From positions 73,160,001-73,224,000 of the forward strand of contig OZ024745.1 of NCBI GenBank assembly GCA_964016885.1: 64,000 nt of DNA. The letters run 5' to 3'. The translations under genes were made by a program, and so were the position numbers. The notes beneath the pieces are model-generated. The model had not been told where the DNA came from. It made no database searches and saw only the letters and a list, made by a program, of their open reading frames with translations. Source of the DNA: Eledone cirrhosa (taxonomy: Eukaryota). Shown here in pieces: positions 11,549 through 26,087 of the stretch (the first letter of the stretch is position 1; every line of letters starts with the position of its first letter).

Positions 11549-14500
11549 AGAGTGAACGACAGAATAATTAAAATAAGTCTTGTCCTAAATAGAACTACTG
11601 TGACAGTAATATCTGCGTATGCACCCCAATCCGGACTGCCTGGCGCTATAAAAGGCAGATTCTATGAGACATTGATGCTCACTACCTCCCAAATAACTGA
11701 CAGTGACTACATAATTATTGCTGGCGACATAAATGGTCACGTTGAACAACATTGTGACGGCTATGACGGAATCCATGGAGGCTATGGGTTTGGTACTAGA
11801 AATGAGGAAGGCTCCAGAATCCTAGAATTCTGTGACGCAAATAACCTAACTATCTGTAACACTAACTTCAAAAAACGAGACAATCTTTGATCACATATAG
11901 ATCAGGGGAACACGCCAGTCAGATAGATTATATCCTTACCAGAAGACGTGATAGAGAGTGTCTGTTGTAAACACTAAATCCCCCCCCCCCCCCATGAAGA
12001 ATGTACCTCCCAACATACTCATAGTCAGCGACCTCATAGTCAGGACAAGACGTACTCGACAACAGAGGAGGACTATCCTCAGGAGAAAAATATGGAAGCT
12101 AAAGGACTTCACAGCCAGTAATAAATTTAAAAGCATATTACTTGACGCTTTCGACAGTAAGGAAGAGCAATTAGAGTCGTACAATATAGAGGAACAGTGG
12201 GAATTCCTGAAAGCTAACCTGCTGAAGGCGGCAGATGAAGTTTGTGGCTGGAGCAGGCCTATAGGCAGGAGGAGAGTAACATGGTGGTGGAACAGTAAGG
12301 TGGACGAGTCAATTAACGCCAAAAAGCAGGTTTGGAAAGTATGGCAGGATGGGGGAAGTAGAGAAGACTATCAAGTGGCCAGGAGGGAAGCTAGGAGACA
12401 AGTGCACTTCGCAAGAAGGGAAGCAGAGGAAAGAGAGTTCAAGCATGTTCTACAATGTGAGGACCAAGAACGTGAGGTGTTCAGTATTGCTAGGTAATGT
12501 GTCAAGGAAAACTGTGATATTGTTGGGGAGAAGTGTGTCCTTAATGATGATGGTGTACTAGCCATCACTGACGCTGATAAGAAGGTAGGTTGGAAGTGTC
12601 ACTATGAAAGGCTACTAAATGAGGAGAATAAATGGGAGAAAGACAGTCTCCCTCACATCGATCCAATAGAGGGACCAGCAGTGCGAGTTGAAGGTAGTAT
12701 AAGTAAGGCAATCAAAGATATGAAGACGAGTAAGGCGGCTGGGCTTTCGGAAATAGTTGCTGAAATGCTGAAAGCATCTGGAATGGTGGGACATACTATG
12801 GTCACCTGGATAGTAAACCAAGTCATACAGAATGGGGCCGTTCCGAAGAACTGGCGTAGCAGCATCATCATTAACTGCTACAAGTGTAAAGGAGATGCCC
12901 TAGATAGGGGTGACTATAGAGGCATTAAATTAATCAACCAGGTCGTGAAGCTCACAGAAAAAGTAATAGCGCAACGAATCAGAGAGCGAATTGATCTAGA
13001 TGAAATGCAGTTCGGGTTTGTGTCAGGTAAAAGTACCACAGACGCTCTTTTCATTGTACAACAACTACAGGAGAAGTACCTAGCTAAAAGTAAACCCCTA
13101 TACTTAGCTTTTGTTGACTTGGAGAAAGCCTTTGACAGAGTCCCCTGCTCCATTATCTGGTGGGCTCTTAGAAAACTAGGTGTTGATGACTGGCTTGTGA
13201 GAGCTATACAAGCCATGTATAAAGAAACAGTCAGCAAGGTTAGAATTAACAACGAAAATAGTGAAGAGTTTAGCGTAAAAGTTGGTGTTCATCAGGGCTC
13301 TGTTCTTAGCCCCCTACTATTTATTATTGCCCTTCAGGCTATAACAGAGGAGTTCAAGACTGGCTGCCCATGTGAACTCCTATACGCAGATGATCTAACG
13401 CTCATAGCTGAATCAATGGCTGAACTAGAGAAGAAATTCCAAACATGGAAGCATGACCTAGAATCAAATGGCCTTAAAGTTAATTTGTCTAAGACTAAAG
13501 TTCTAGTTTGTAGGAAGGAAAATAGGGCACCGGTCCCATCTGGGAATTGGCCATGCTCAGTGTGTAGGAAAGGAGTAGGCAGAAACTCCATTTTATGTCC
13601 CAAATACAAAGTATGGGTGCATAAAAGATGTAGTGGGGTCACAGGTAAGCTAACTAAGAATATAGATTTTATATGTGGCCGATGCTCTGGTGCAATAAGT
13701 AGCAGCAAGTGCCCACAGAATACTAGCTCATTCCATTGCACAGATGGTTTTATAGAAATAGTGGACACCTTCCATTACCTGGGTGACAAAATCAGCAGTG
13801 GGGGAGGGTGCTCTGAAAGTACAGTAGCTAGAGTCAGAACGGGATGGAAAAAGTTGGCTGCTAAAGGGTTCTCTCTAAAAATGAAAGGCAGGCTGTATGA
13901 TGCCGGCATACGAACAGCAATGTTACATGGCAGTGAGACCTGGGTATTGTGTGCAGAGGATATACGCAGACTAGAGAGGAACGAAGCTTGCATGCTCCGC
14001 TGGATGTGTAATAGTAATATACGTGAACGGGAAAGCATAAACGAACTAAGGGAGAAATTAGGAATAAGAGGGATCAGATGTTGTTTACTCGAGAGAAGGC
14101 TACGTTGGTATGGTCACGTGATGCGCATGAAAGACGACAGTTGTATAAAAAAGTGCAGGGCGATAAAAATAGACGGTAGCCACGGAGTAGGCAGACCCAG
14201 AAAAACCTGGGATGACCTGATAAATTCAGACCTCACACACTTACACCCCTCCAAGACAATGTCACTGGACCGAGATCTTTGGCGCTACACATAATACAGA
14301 AGACCCGCCTTGCCTAAGTACAAAGTGAAACCTACAGTCAGTAGGCACCTCTAACAAAAATACACCCTGTCCCACTACCCCAACCCCATCTACACCACCC
14401 CCTTAGATGTGAAGTTATGTTGGTACCACAACATCCACTCCGAAACAAATGAGGTTGTGTAGGTGTCACGACAAAAAAACACACAGTCCACGCTGTAATG

Positions 14501-14698
14501 TGGCCATGTAGGTAACACGGTAAAAACCTCCCAGTCCACACTGTAAACGTGGTTGGTGTTGGGAAGGGCATCCAGCCGTAGAAAACCCACCAGACAGTCC
14601 TATACGAGCAAGACAACCAATCTTGCCTCAAGTGGGAAAACTCCCGTCCAAACCCATGCAAGCATGGAAGATGGACGTTAAACGATGATGATGATGAT
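11549..14698 (+). mobile_element. RTE family A copy 2, 3' segment (decayed)
   Basis: ORFs 11540-11890, 11958-12497 and 12681-14294 are collinear with copy 1 (RT, C4HC3 insert, C-terminus). It ends in ggacgttaaac(gat)n. Confidence 0.93.
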
Positions 14699-14699
14699 A

Positions 14700-14888
14700 G
14701 GTGGTAGATTGGCAGTATCGGTAGAGTTGGACGCCATGCTTTGACGCATAGAGTTACGGCCCTTGCCAATCTGAGTTCAAATCCCGCCGAGGTTAACTTT
14801 GCCTTTTATCCTTACGGGGTCGATAAAATAAAGTACCAGTAACGCACTGGGTAATTGCTGGCCTTGTGCCAAACGAAGAAACAATAAT
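14700..14888 (+). mobile_element. tRNA-derived SINE
   Basis: tggcagtatcggtagag ... gagttcaaatcccgccgaggttaactttgcc ... ggggtcgataaaataaagtaccag ... gaaacaata, the same family as 11151-11343. Confidence 0.8.
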
Positions 14889-14919
14889 ATATATATATAT
14901 ATGTATGTATATATACCAT

Positions 14920-14944
14920 TAGGTAGTTTAAAACTGGTTCTATC

Positions 14945-14981
<37 letters not shown>

Positions 14982-15133
14982 ATAGAATCAGTTTTAAACT
15001 ATCTAAACCATTACTCAACAGAGTACTCGATGCTTGAGATAGTAGAGTATGGTTATATTAGAAAGAGTCAGAGTGCTAGTTCTCGACTGATAACCAACAA
15101 GCTTACAGTCAACTGGCCATTTCATCAGGGGAG
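14920..15133 (-). mobile_element. Penelope-like pLTR fragment with a degenerate hammerhead; 27-bp inverted repeat around (TA)n
   Basis: Minus strand has CTGATGA (15122-15128) and ctctactatctcaagcatcgagtactctgttgagtaatgg, similar to 6330-6370. 14920-14946 and 14979-15005 are inverted (2 mismatches). Confidence 0.5.
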
Positions 15134-15417
15134 TGTGTGTATGTATGTGTGTGTGTGAGTAAGCATGCTGTTTGCCATTTGTATGGTCGGAAAAACATAG
15201 CTAGCTTAATTTCAGACATGGCGTCAATCACTGGGTCACACTCCAATAAATAAAGTTGATAAATAGAATCTATCTTCTGGAAAAATTATCATCTTATTAA
15301 CAACTTCTCTTTGATATTTTGAGATTTATTTTGAATATTTATATTTTTCAGATCACATAAATGTTTACTTTACTTTTTAGTTACCAGTTGATTAAATAAG
15401 AACATTTTGTTTTACAG

Positions 15418-15640
15418 GTTGCCTATTCACAAGTTGTAACTTCAAATTCAATTCAGATTTCGATCAGTAATATTAATAGTTCCACTGTACAAGTCAGAGA
15501 TTCTCAAGGCAATGAAGTAGAGTTCAATGTTTCTGCCAATAGTACACATTTACAAATTCTATCTCTTCATCCTGGAGATTTATATAATATTACTGCTTTT
15601 AACAATTCTGGTAGTGGTTTCACATGGGAATTCTCCACAT
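15418..15640 (+). CDS. Host gene exon, N-terminal FN3-like domain (phase 0-1)
   Basis: tttacag|...|gtaagt. Open frame VAYSQVVTSNSIQISI...LQILSLHPGDLYNITAFNNSGSGFTWEFST with the FN3 L-x-P-G-x-x-Y motif. 223 nt, joins 17022 in frame. Confidence 0.8.
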
Positions 15641-17021
15641 GTAAGTACCAAGTTATTATTTAAAAATAAAGATAATTCTGTTCACTATTTTTTTTTTATT
15701 GGAATTATGGTGCATTCCATTATATGTATTCAAAACAGTATCTATTTTTCTCAGAAATGTAACAAATCCTTAGTCTTAGAATATTAACACACTATATAAT
15801 CTACACCTAGGTCAGAGCAATATTATGCCTGCACCCTGTGGACAAAACTGCAAAGGTATTTCCATGGACAATGGCTAGTGACACCCTCTGCAACAGCCAC
15901 CCCACCTCATGGAGCTCCTTCCTCAGACGAGCTGCTAATGTTCTGATTTTATGGAGGAGCTTAGCTGTATGGGGTCCAAGGACACATGAGGTCTTGACAG
16001 CAACTAGTCTGAGAAGAAAACTATTGAGAATAGTTTAACATTTCATGTTTGAATGTTGTCTCAAATGTTAATCAAGGGAATGTTATAGTAATGCTAATTT
16101 GAAATAAGTTTAAAAAATTAAATAGATATTTACGATGATTATCATTTTCAATTTAAATTGTTTCTGATTTAAAAATTATACATTTGGACAATATATTTAA
16201 TAAAGTTACTATCTGTTATTTCATTAATGAACATGTATAGAGTAATGAAAAAAGACTCCTTCCTGGATATGGGACTGGGTGGGGGGAAATATTAAATGTA
16301 TAAACAGCAATGTCAGCATCTGCTTATAATAGCATTTTGAGGAAAAAAATTCATATGCTTTGCTACTTACATGAAAAATGGATGAACCCAGGTCTTTGCT
16401 GTTCATATTTTTGTTGTTGATAATTTGATAAATTGCAGTTTTTAGCTCTATGTCAGCTCTAGCTTAGCAGACCTCTGATCAAAGGATTTACAACCATGAT
16501 CATTATTAGTCATAGTGTATTTTGGACTACATTAATTTATGTATCCTGCTTTCTTTTTCCTTTTTGTTTTAAAGATAGCAAAGTGTCATTTGAAGGAAAT
16601 TTGGCTTTGTAATGTTAGTTGGTGTAGGGTAGAAAAGCAGGATAATTGTTCCAAAGATTGCAGTTCTGAAGAGGAGGGACTATGAAAAGTATTTAGTATT
16701 GATTCTGAAACATGAAATAAAGTGTGACAGTAAGTAGTTTTTAGTAGGAAATGCATTAGATTTATCAAGTTTTCAAGAACAAAAGCCATCATTATAATGG
16801 TTAAGGTGTCAAAGGGACACATTGAAATTAGAGTTAGGGATTGACATATTGTGATCTATTCATTATCTCAAACAGTGCTCCATTGTGAAATGCATTATGA
16901 TTAATTATCTGTAAACAGTACTCCATTGTGAAATGCATTTTCACAACTGATTTGCTTTCAATTACTTTTTTTTTCTAAAGTAACATTAGGAAGTCATATT
17001 GTTTTATTTTATTTCTTACAG

Positions 17022-17288
17022 TTCCATTGAAACCAACTAATGCCATCGTTACAAATGTTAAAACAAATAGTTCTACTATTGAATGGAAATTTAACGACAC
17101 AGCATCTTCTGGAAGTGAATGGTTAATTCAATACAAATATGGTAGCAATAATTACATAAATGAAACAAGTACCAAGGAAAACATAATATTAACCTCCTTA
17201 AGACCTGGTGAAAAATATGAAGTAAAAATATGGACTAAATCTAACAATAAACTCAGTGACTCAGATTTGAACACAAGTTTTGTTACTA
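17022..17288 (+). CDS. Host gene FN3 exon, array unit 1
   Basis: cttacag|ttcc...acta|gtaagt; 267 nt, phase 1-1; PLKPTN...IEW...LRPGEKYEVKIWT. Confidence 0.9.
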
Positions 17289-18154
17289 GTAAGTATATGA
17301 AGTGAAACTTTCTAAGATGTTTAAAATAGCTTATAAAAGATATTTTTTTAATATATTATGGCTTTTACCTAGGAAAAAATCTTTCCATATTTGATCCGAA
17401 ATCTTCAGTTAATGAAGAACCAAAACTATTGTTAATGTTTTTCAGTTTAGTGTTTCTGTTTTTGTGGCAGAACATCATATCTTTCACTTTCTCTGGCATA
17501 TAAAATCTCATAATCTACAGGTATAACTAGGTGGAAAAAAGTGCCCAGCCCACACTGTAAAGTTTTTTACGTGTCACAACAAAAATCACCTTGTCTACAC
17601 TGTAAAGGTGGTTGGCATTAGGGAGGGCATCCAGCTGTAGAAACCAGGCAAGAGACAGTTCAGTATGAGCAAGACATGGTCATCTGATCTAGCTTGTCTT
17701 ATAGCTGAACATGTCTAACCCATACTAGCATGGAAAAATAGTTGTTAAAAGGTGATGATAATGATATCTCCTGTAATGTTCTGTGGACAGTCTTCATTTG
17801 AATGTTAATTTAATGTTTCATATATGATATTAAATCTACATATGTCTATGTAACAGAATGCCAATAGTATCATTCTTTTGACAGTATATTTTGTATAAAG
17901 AGAGAACAAATAGTCCAACCCATGCCAACATGGAAAATTGGATGTAAAGTTAACATGATTAAATGTTGATAATTTAGATTAAAATTATATGTTTCTGAAT
18001 CTGAGAATCAGATTTCATATATTTAATCATTATTATTGAAAGTAATGTTATTGTATTAAAATCATGTTTTTACTTTAGAATAATGTAAATAATCAAACTG
18101 CAGGTTTCTCCCATAACATTGTGAAGTCATATTGTTTTATTTTATTTCTTACAG

Positions 18155-18421
18155 TTCCATTGGCACCAACTAATGCCATCGTTACAATTGTTACAACAAA
18201 TAGTGCTACTATTGAATGGAAATTTGACAAGACAACATCTTCTGGAAGTGAATGGTTAATTCAATACAAATATGGTAGCAATAATTACATAAATGAAACA
18301 AGTACCAAGGAAAACATAATATTAACCTCCTTAAGACCTGGTGAAAAATATGAAGTAAAAATATGGACTAAATCTAACAATAAACTCAGTGACTCAGATT
18401 TGAACACAAGTTTTGTTACCA
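18155..18421 (+). CDS. Host gene FN3 exon, array unit 2
   Basis: Same splice sites, 267 nt, open frame, FN3 W and LxPGxxY motifs. Confidence 0.88.
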
Positions 18422-19287
18422 GTAAGTATATGAAGTGAAACTTTCTAAGATGTTTAAAATAGCTTATAAAAGATATTTTTTTTATATATTATGGCTTTTA
18501 CCTAGGAAAAAATCTTTCCATATTTGATCCGAAATCTTCAGTTAATGAAGAACCAAAACTATTGTTAATGTTTTTCAGTTTAGTGTTTCTGTTTTTGTGG
18601 CAGAACATCATATCTTTCACTTTCTCTGGCATATAAAATCTCATAATCTACAGGTATAACTAGGTGGAAAAAAGTGCCCAGCCCACACTGTAAAGTTTTT
18701 TACGTGTCACAACAAAAATCACCTTGTCTACACTGTAAAGGTGGTTGGCATTAGGGAGGGCATCCAGCTGTAGAAACCAGGCAAGAGACAGTTCAGTATG
18801 AGCAAGACATGGTCATCTGATCTAGCTTGTCTTATAGCTGAACATGTCTAACCCATACTAGCATGGAAAAATGGTTGTCAAAAGGTGATGATAATGATAT
18901 CTCCTGTAATGTTCTGTGGACAGTCTTCATTTGAATGTTAATTTAATGTTTCATATATAATATTAAATCTACATATGTCTATGTAACAGAATACCAATAG
19001 TATCATTCTTTTGACAGTATATTTTGTATAAAGAGAGAACAAATAGTCCAACCCATGCCAACATGGAAAATTGGATGTAAAGTTAACATGATTAAATGTT
19101 GATAATTTAGATTAAAATTATATGTTTCTGAATCTGAGAATCAGATTTCATATATTTAATCATTATTATTGAAAGTAATGTTATTGTATTAAAATCATGT
19201 TTTTACTTTAGAATAATGTAAATAATCAAACTGCAGGTTTCTCCCATAACATTGTGAAGTCATATTGTTTTATTTTATTTCTTACAG

Positions 19288-19554
19288 TTCCATTGGCACC
19301 AACTAATGCCATCGTTACAATTGTTACAACAAATAGTGCTACTATTGAATGGAAATTTGACAAGACAACATCTTCTGGAAGTGAATGGTTAATTCAATAC
19401 AAATATGGTAGCAATAATTACATAAATGAAACAAGTACCAATGAAAACATAATATTAACCTCCTTAAGACCTGGTGAAAAATATGAAGTAAAAATATGGA
19501 CTAAATCTAACAATAAACTCAGTGACTCAGATTTGAACACAAGTTTTGTTACTA
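19288..19554 (+). CDS. Host gene FN3 exon, array unit 3
   Basis: Same splice sites, 267 nt, open frame. Confidence 0.88.
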
Positions 19555-20420
19555 GTAAGTATATGAAGTGAAACTTTCTAAGATGTTTAAAATAGCTTAT
19601 AAAAGATATTTTTTTTATATATTATGGCTTTTACCTAGGAAAAAATCTTTCCATATTTGATCCGAAATCTTCAGTTAATGAAGAACCAAAACTATTGTTA
19701 ATGTTTTTCAGTTTAGTGTTTCTGTTTTTGTGGCAGAACATCATATCTTTCACTTTCTCTGGCATATAAAATCTCATAATCTACAGGTATAACTAGGTGG
19801 AAAAAAGTGCCCAGCCCACACTGTAAAGTTTTTTACGTGTCACAACAAAAATCACCTTGTCTACACTGTAAAGGTGGTTGGCATTAGGGAGGGCATCCAG
19901 CTGTAGAAACCAGGCAAGAGACAGTTCAGTATGAGCAAGACATGGTCATCTGATCTAGCTTGTCTTATAGCTGAACATGTCTAACCCATACTAGCATGGA
20001 AAAATAGTTGTTAAAAGGTGATGATAATGATATCTCCTGTAATGTTCTGTGGACAGTCTTCATTTGAATGTTAATTTAATGTTTCATATATGATATTAAA
20101 TCTACATATGTCTATGTAACAGAATGCCAATAGTATCATTCTTTTGACAGTATATTTTGTATAAAGAGAGAACAAATAGTCCAACCCATGCCAACATGGA
20201 AAATTGGATGTAAAGTTAACATGATTAAATGTTGATAATTTAGATTAAAATTATATGTTTCTGAATCTGAGAATCAGATTTCATATATTTAATCATTATT
20301 ATTGAAAGTAATGTTATTGTATTAAAATCATGTTTTTACTTTAGAATAATGTAAATAATCAAACTGCAGGTTTCTCCCATAACATTGTGAAGTCATATTG
20401 TTTTATTTTATTTCTTACAG

Positions 20421-20687
20421 TTCCATTGGCACCAACTAATGCCATCGTTACAATTGTTACAACAAATAGTGCTACTATTGAATGGAAATTTGACAAGACA
20501 ACATCTTCTGGAAGTGAATGGTTAATTCAATACAAATATGGTAGCAATAATTACATAAATGAAATAAGTACCAAGGAAAACATAATATTAACCTCCTTAA
20601 GACCTGGTGAAAAATATGAAGTAAAAATATGGACTAAATCTAACAATAAACTCAGTGACTCAGATTTGAACACAATTTTTGTTACTA
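20421..20687 (+). CDS. Host gene FN3 exon, array unit 4
   Basis: Same splice sites, 267 nt, open frame. Confidence 0.88.
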
Positions 20688-21553
20688 GTAAGTATATGAA
20701 GTGAAACTTTCTAAGATGTTTAAAATAGCTTATAAAAGATATTTTTTTTATATATTATGGCTTTTACCTAGGAAAAAATCTTTCCATATTTGATCCGAAA
20801 TCTTCAGTTAATGAAGAACCAAAACTATTGTTAATGTTTTTCAGTTTAGTGTTTCTGTTTTTGTGGCAGAACATCATATCTTTCACTTTCTCTGGCATAT
20901 AAAATCTCATAATCTACAGGTATAACTAGGTGGAAAAAAGTGCCCAGCCCACACTGTAAAGTTTTTTACGTGTCACAACAAAAATCACCTTGTCTACACT
21001 GTAAAGGTGGTTGGCATTAGGGAGGGCATCCAGCTGTAGAAACCAGGCAAGAGACAGTTCAGTATGAGCAAGACATGGTCATCTGATCTAGCTTGTCTTA
21101 TAGCTGAACATGTCTAACCCATACTAGCATGGAAAAATGGTTGTCAAAAGGTGATGATAATGATATCTCCTGTAATGTTCTGTGGACAGTCTTCATTTGA
21201 ATGTTAATTTAATGTTTCATATATAATATTAAATCTACATATGTCTATGTAACAGAATACCAATAGTATCATTCTTTTGACAGTATATTTTGTATAAAGA
21301 GAGAACAAATAGTCCAACCCATGCCAACATGGAAAATTGGATGTAAAGTTAACATGATTAAATGTTGATAATTTAGATTAAAATTATATGTTTCTGAATC
21401 TGAGAATCAGATTTCATATATTTAATCATTATTATTGAAAGTAATGTTATTGTATTAAAATCATGTTTTTACTTTAGAATAATGTAAATAATCAAACTGC
21501 AGGTTTCTCCCATAACATTGTGAAGTCATATTGTTTTATTTTATTTCTTACAG

Positions 21554-21820
21554 TTCCATTGGCACCAACTAATGCCATCGTTACAATTGTTACAACAAAT
21601 AGTGCTACTATTGAATGGAAATTTGACAAGACAACATCTTCTGGAAGTGAATGGTTAATTCAATACAAATATGGTAGCAATAATTACATAAATGAAATAA
21701 GTACCAAGGAAAACATAATATTAACCTCCTTAAGACCTGGTGAAAAATATGAAGTAAAAATATGGACTAAATCTAACAATAAACTCAGTGACTCAGATTT
21801 GAACACAATTTTTGTTACTA
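21554..21820 (+). CDS. Host gene FN3 exon, array unit 5
   Basis: Same splice sites, 267 nt; protein identical to unit 4. Confidence 0.85.
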
Positions 21821-22686
21821 GTAAGTATATGAAGTGAAACTTTCTAAGATGTTTAAAATAGCTTATAAAAGATATTTTTTTTATATATTATGGCTTTTAC
21901 CTAGGAAAAAATCTTTCCATATTTGATCCGAAATCTTCAGTTAATGAAGAACCAAAACTATTGTTAATGTTTTTCAGTTTAGTGTTTCTGTTTTTGTGGC
22001 AGAACATCATATCTTTCACTTTCTCTGGCATATAAAATCTCATAATCTACAGGTATAACTAGGTGGAAAAAAGTGCCCAGCCCACACTGTAAAGTTTTTT
22101 ACGTGTCACAACAAAAATCACCTTGTCTACACTGTAAAGGTGGTTGGCATTAGGGAGGGCATCCAGCTGTAGAAACCAGGCAAGAGACAGTTCAGTATGA
22201 GCAAGACATGGTCATCTGATCTAGCTTGTCTTATAGCTGAACATGTCTAACCCATACTAGCATGGAAAAATGGTTGTCAAAAGGTGATGATAATGATATC
22301 TCCTGTAATGTTCTGTGGACAGTCTTCATTTGAATGTTAATTTAATGTTTCATATATAATATTAAATCTACATATGTCTATGTAACAGAATACCAATAGT
22401 ATCATTCTTTTGACAGTATATTTTGTATAAAGAGAGAACAAATAGTCCAACCCATGCCAACATGGAAAATTGGATGTAAAGTTAACATGATTAAATGTTG
22501 ATAATTTAGATTAAAATTATATGTTTCTGAATCTGAGAATCAGATTTCATATATTTAATCATTATTATTGAAAGTAATGTTATTGTATTAAAATCATGTT
22601 TTTACTTTAGAATAATGTAAATAATCAAACTGCAGGTTTCTCCCATAACATTGTGAAGTCATATTGTTTTATTTTATTTCTTACAG

Positions 22687-22953
22687 TTCCATTGGCACCA
22701 ACTAATGCCATCGTTACAATTGTTACAACAAATAGTGCTACTATTGAATGGAAATTTGACAAGACAACATCTTCTGGAAGTGAATGGTTAATTCAATACA
22801 AATATGGTAGCAATAATTACATAAATGAAACAAGTACCAAGGAAAACATAATATTAACCTCCTTAAGACCTGGTGAAAAATATGAAGTAAAAATATGGAC
22901 TAAATCTAACAATAAACTCAGTGACTCAGATTTGAACACAATTTTTGTTACTA
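22687..22953 (+). CDS. Host gene FN3 exon, array unit 6
   Basis: Same splice sites, 267 nt, open frame. Confidence 0.88.
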
Positions 22954-23819
22954 GTAAGTATATGAAGTGAAACTTTCTAAGATGTTTAAAATAGCTTATA
23001 AAAGATATTTTTTTTATATATTATGGCTTTTACCTAGGAAAAAATCTTTCCATATTTGATCCGAAATCTTCAGTTAATGAAGAACCAAAACTATTGTTAA
23101 TGTTTTTCAGTTTAGTGTTTCTGTTTTTGTGGCAGAACATCATATCTTTCACTTTCTCTGGCATATAAAATCTCATAATCTACAGGTATAACTAGGTGGA
23201 AAAAAGTGCCCAGCCCACACTGTAAAGTTTTTTACGTGTCACAACAAAAATCACCTTGTCTACACTGTAAAGGTGGTTGGCATTAGGGAGGGCATCCAGC
23301 TGTAGAAACCAGGCAAGAGACAGTTCAGTATGAGCAAGACATGGTCATCTGATCTAGCTTGTCTTATAGCTGAACATGTCTAACCCATACTAGCATGGAA
23401 AAATGGTTGTCAAAAGGTGATGATAATGATATCTCCTGTAATGTTCTGTGGACAGTCTTCATTTGAATGTTAATTTAATGTTTCATATATAATATTAAAT
23501 CTACATATGTCTATGTAACAGAATACCAATAGTATCATTCTTTTGACAGTATATTTTGTATAAAGAGAGAACAAATAGTCCAACCCATGCCAACATGGAA
23601 AATTGGATGTAAAGTTAACATGATTAAATGTTGATAATTTAGATTAAAATTATATGTTTCTGAATCTGAGAATCAGATTTCATATATTTAATCATTATTA
23701 TTGAAAGTAATGTTATTGTATTAAAATCATGTTTTTACTTTAGAATAATGTAAATAATCAAACTGCAGGTTTCTCCCATAACATTGTGAAGTCATATTGT
23801 TTTATTTTATTTCTTACAG

Positions 23820-24086
23820 TTCCATTGGCACCAACTAATGCCATCGTTACAATTGTTACAACAAATAGTGCTACTATTGAATGGAAATTTGACAAGACAA
23901 CATCTTCTGGAAGTGAATGGTTAATTCAATACAAATATGGTAGCAATAATTACATAAATGAAATAAGTACCAAGGAAAACATAATATTAACCCCCTTAAG
24001 ACCTGGTGAAAAATATGAAGTAAAAATATGGACTAAATCTAACAATAAATTCAGTGACTCAGATTTGAACACAAGTTTTGTTACTA
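23820..24086 (+). CDS. Host gene FN3 exon, array unit 7
   Basis: Same splice sites, 267 nt, open frame. Confidence 0.88.
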
Positions 24087-24951
24087 GTAAGTATATGAAG
24101 TGAATCTTTCTAAGATGTTTAAAATAGCTTATAAAAGATATTTTTTTATATGATATGGCTTTTACCTAGGAAAAAAATCTTTTCATATTTGATCCGAAAT
24201 CTTCAGTTAATGAAGAACCAAAACTATTGTTAATGTTTTTCAGTTTAGTGTTTCTGTTTTTGTGGCAGAACATCATATCTTTCACTTTCTCTGGCATATA
24301 AAATCTCATAATCTACAGGTATAACTAGGTTTAAAAAAGTGCCCAGCCCACACTGTAAAGTTTTTTACGTGTCACAACAAAAATCACCTTGTCGACAATG
24401 TAAAGGTGGTTGGCATTAGGGAGGGCATCCAGCTGTAGAAACCAGGCAAGAGACAGTTCAGTATGAGCAAGACATGGTCATCTGATCTAGCTTGTCTTAT
24501 AGCTGAACATGTCTAACCCATACTAGCATGGAAAAATAGTTGTTAAAGGTGATGATTATGATATCTCCTGTAATGTTCTGTGGACAGTCTTCATTTGAAT
24601 GTTAATTTAATGTTTCATATATAATATTAAATCTACATATGTCTATGTAACAGAATACCAATAGTATCATTCTTTTGACAGTATATTTTGTATAAAGAGA
24701 GAACAAATAGTCCAACCCATGCCAACATGGAAAATTGGATGTAAAGTTAACATGATTAAATGTTGATAATTTAGATTAAAATTATATGTTTCTGAATCTG
24801 AGAATCAGATTTCATATATTTAATCATTATTATTGAAAGTAATGTTATTGTATTAAAATCATGTTTTTATTTTAGAATAATGTAAATAATCAAACTGCAG
24901 GTTTCTCCCATAACATTGTGAAGTCATATTGTTTTACTTTATTTCTTACAG

Positions 24952-25218
24952 TTCCATTGCCACCAACTAATGCCATCGTTACAAATGTTACAACAAATAG
25001 TTCTACCATTGAATGGAAATTTGACAAGACAACATCTTCTGGAAGTGAATGGTTAATTCAATACAAATATGGTAGCAATAATTACATAAATGAAACAAGT
25101 ACCAAGGAAAACATAATATTAACCTCCTTAAGACCTGGTGAAGAATATGAAGTAAAAATATGGACTAAATCTAACAATAAATTCAGTGACTCAGATTTGA
25201 ACACAAGTTTTGTTACTA
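24952..25218 (+). CDS. Host gene FN3 exon, array unit 8
   Basis: Same splice sites, 267 nt, open frame. Confidence 0.88.
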
Positions 25219-26087
25219 GTAAGTATATGAAGTGAAACTTTCTAAGATGTTTAAAATAGCTTATAAAAGATATTTTTTTATATGATATTATGGCTTTTAA
25301 CTAGGAAAAAAATCTTTCCATATTTGATCCGAAATCTTCAGTTAATGAAGAACCAAAACTATTGTTAATGTTTTTCAGTTTAGTGTTTCTGTTTTTGTGG
25401 CAGAACATCATATCTTTCACTTTCTCTGGCATATAAAATCTCATAATCTACAGGTATAACTAGGTGGAAAAAAGTGCCCAGCCCACACTGTAAAGTTTTT
25501 TACGTGTCACAACAAAAATCACCTTGTCGACACTGTACAGGTGGTTGGCATTAGGGAGGGCATCCAGCTGTAGAAACCAGGCAAGAGACAGTTCAGTATG
25601 AGCAAGACATGGTCATCTGATCTAGCTTGTCTTATAGCTGAACATGTCTAACCCATACTAGCATGGAAAAATAGTTGTTAAAAGGTGATGATTATGATAT
25701 CTCCTGTAATGTTCTGTGGACAGTCTTCATTTGAATGTTAATTTAATGTTTCATATATAATATTAAATCTACATATGTCTATGTAACAGAATACCAATAG
25801 TATCATTCTTTTGACAGTATATTTTGTATAAAGAGAGAACAAATAGTCCAACCCATGCCAACATGGAAAATTGGATGTAAAGTTAACATGATTAAATGTT
25901 GATAATTTAGATTAAAATTATATGTTTCTGAATCTGAGAATCAGATTTCATATATTTAATCATTATTATTGAAAGTAATGTTATTGTATTAAAATCATGT
26001 TTTTATTTTAGAATAATGTAAATAATCAAACTGCAGGTTTCTCCCATAACATTGTGAAGTCATATTGTTTTATTTTATTTCTTACAG

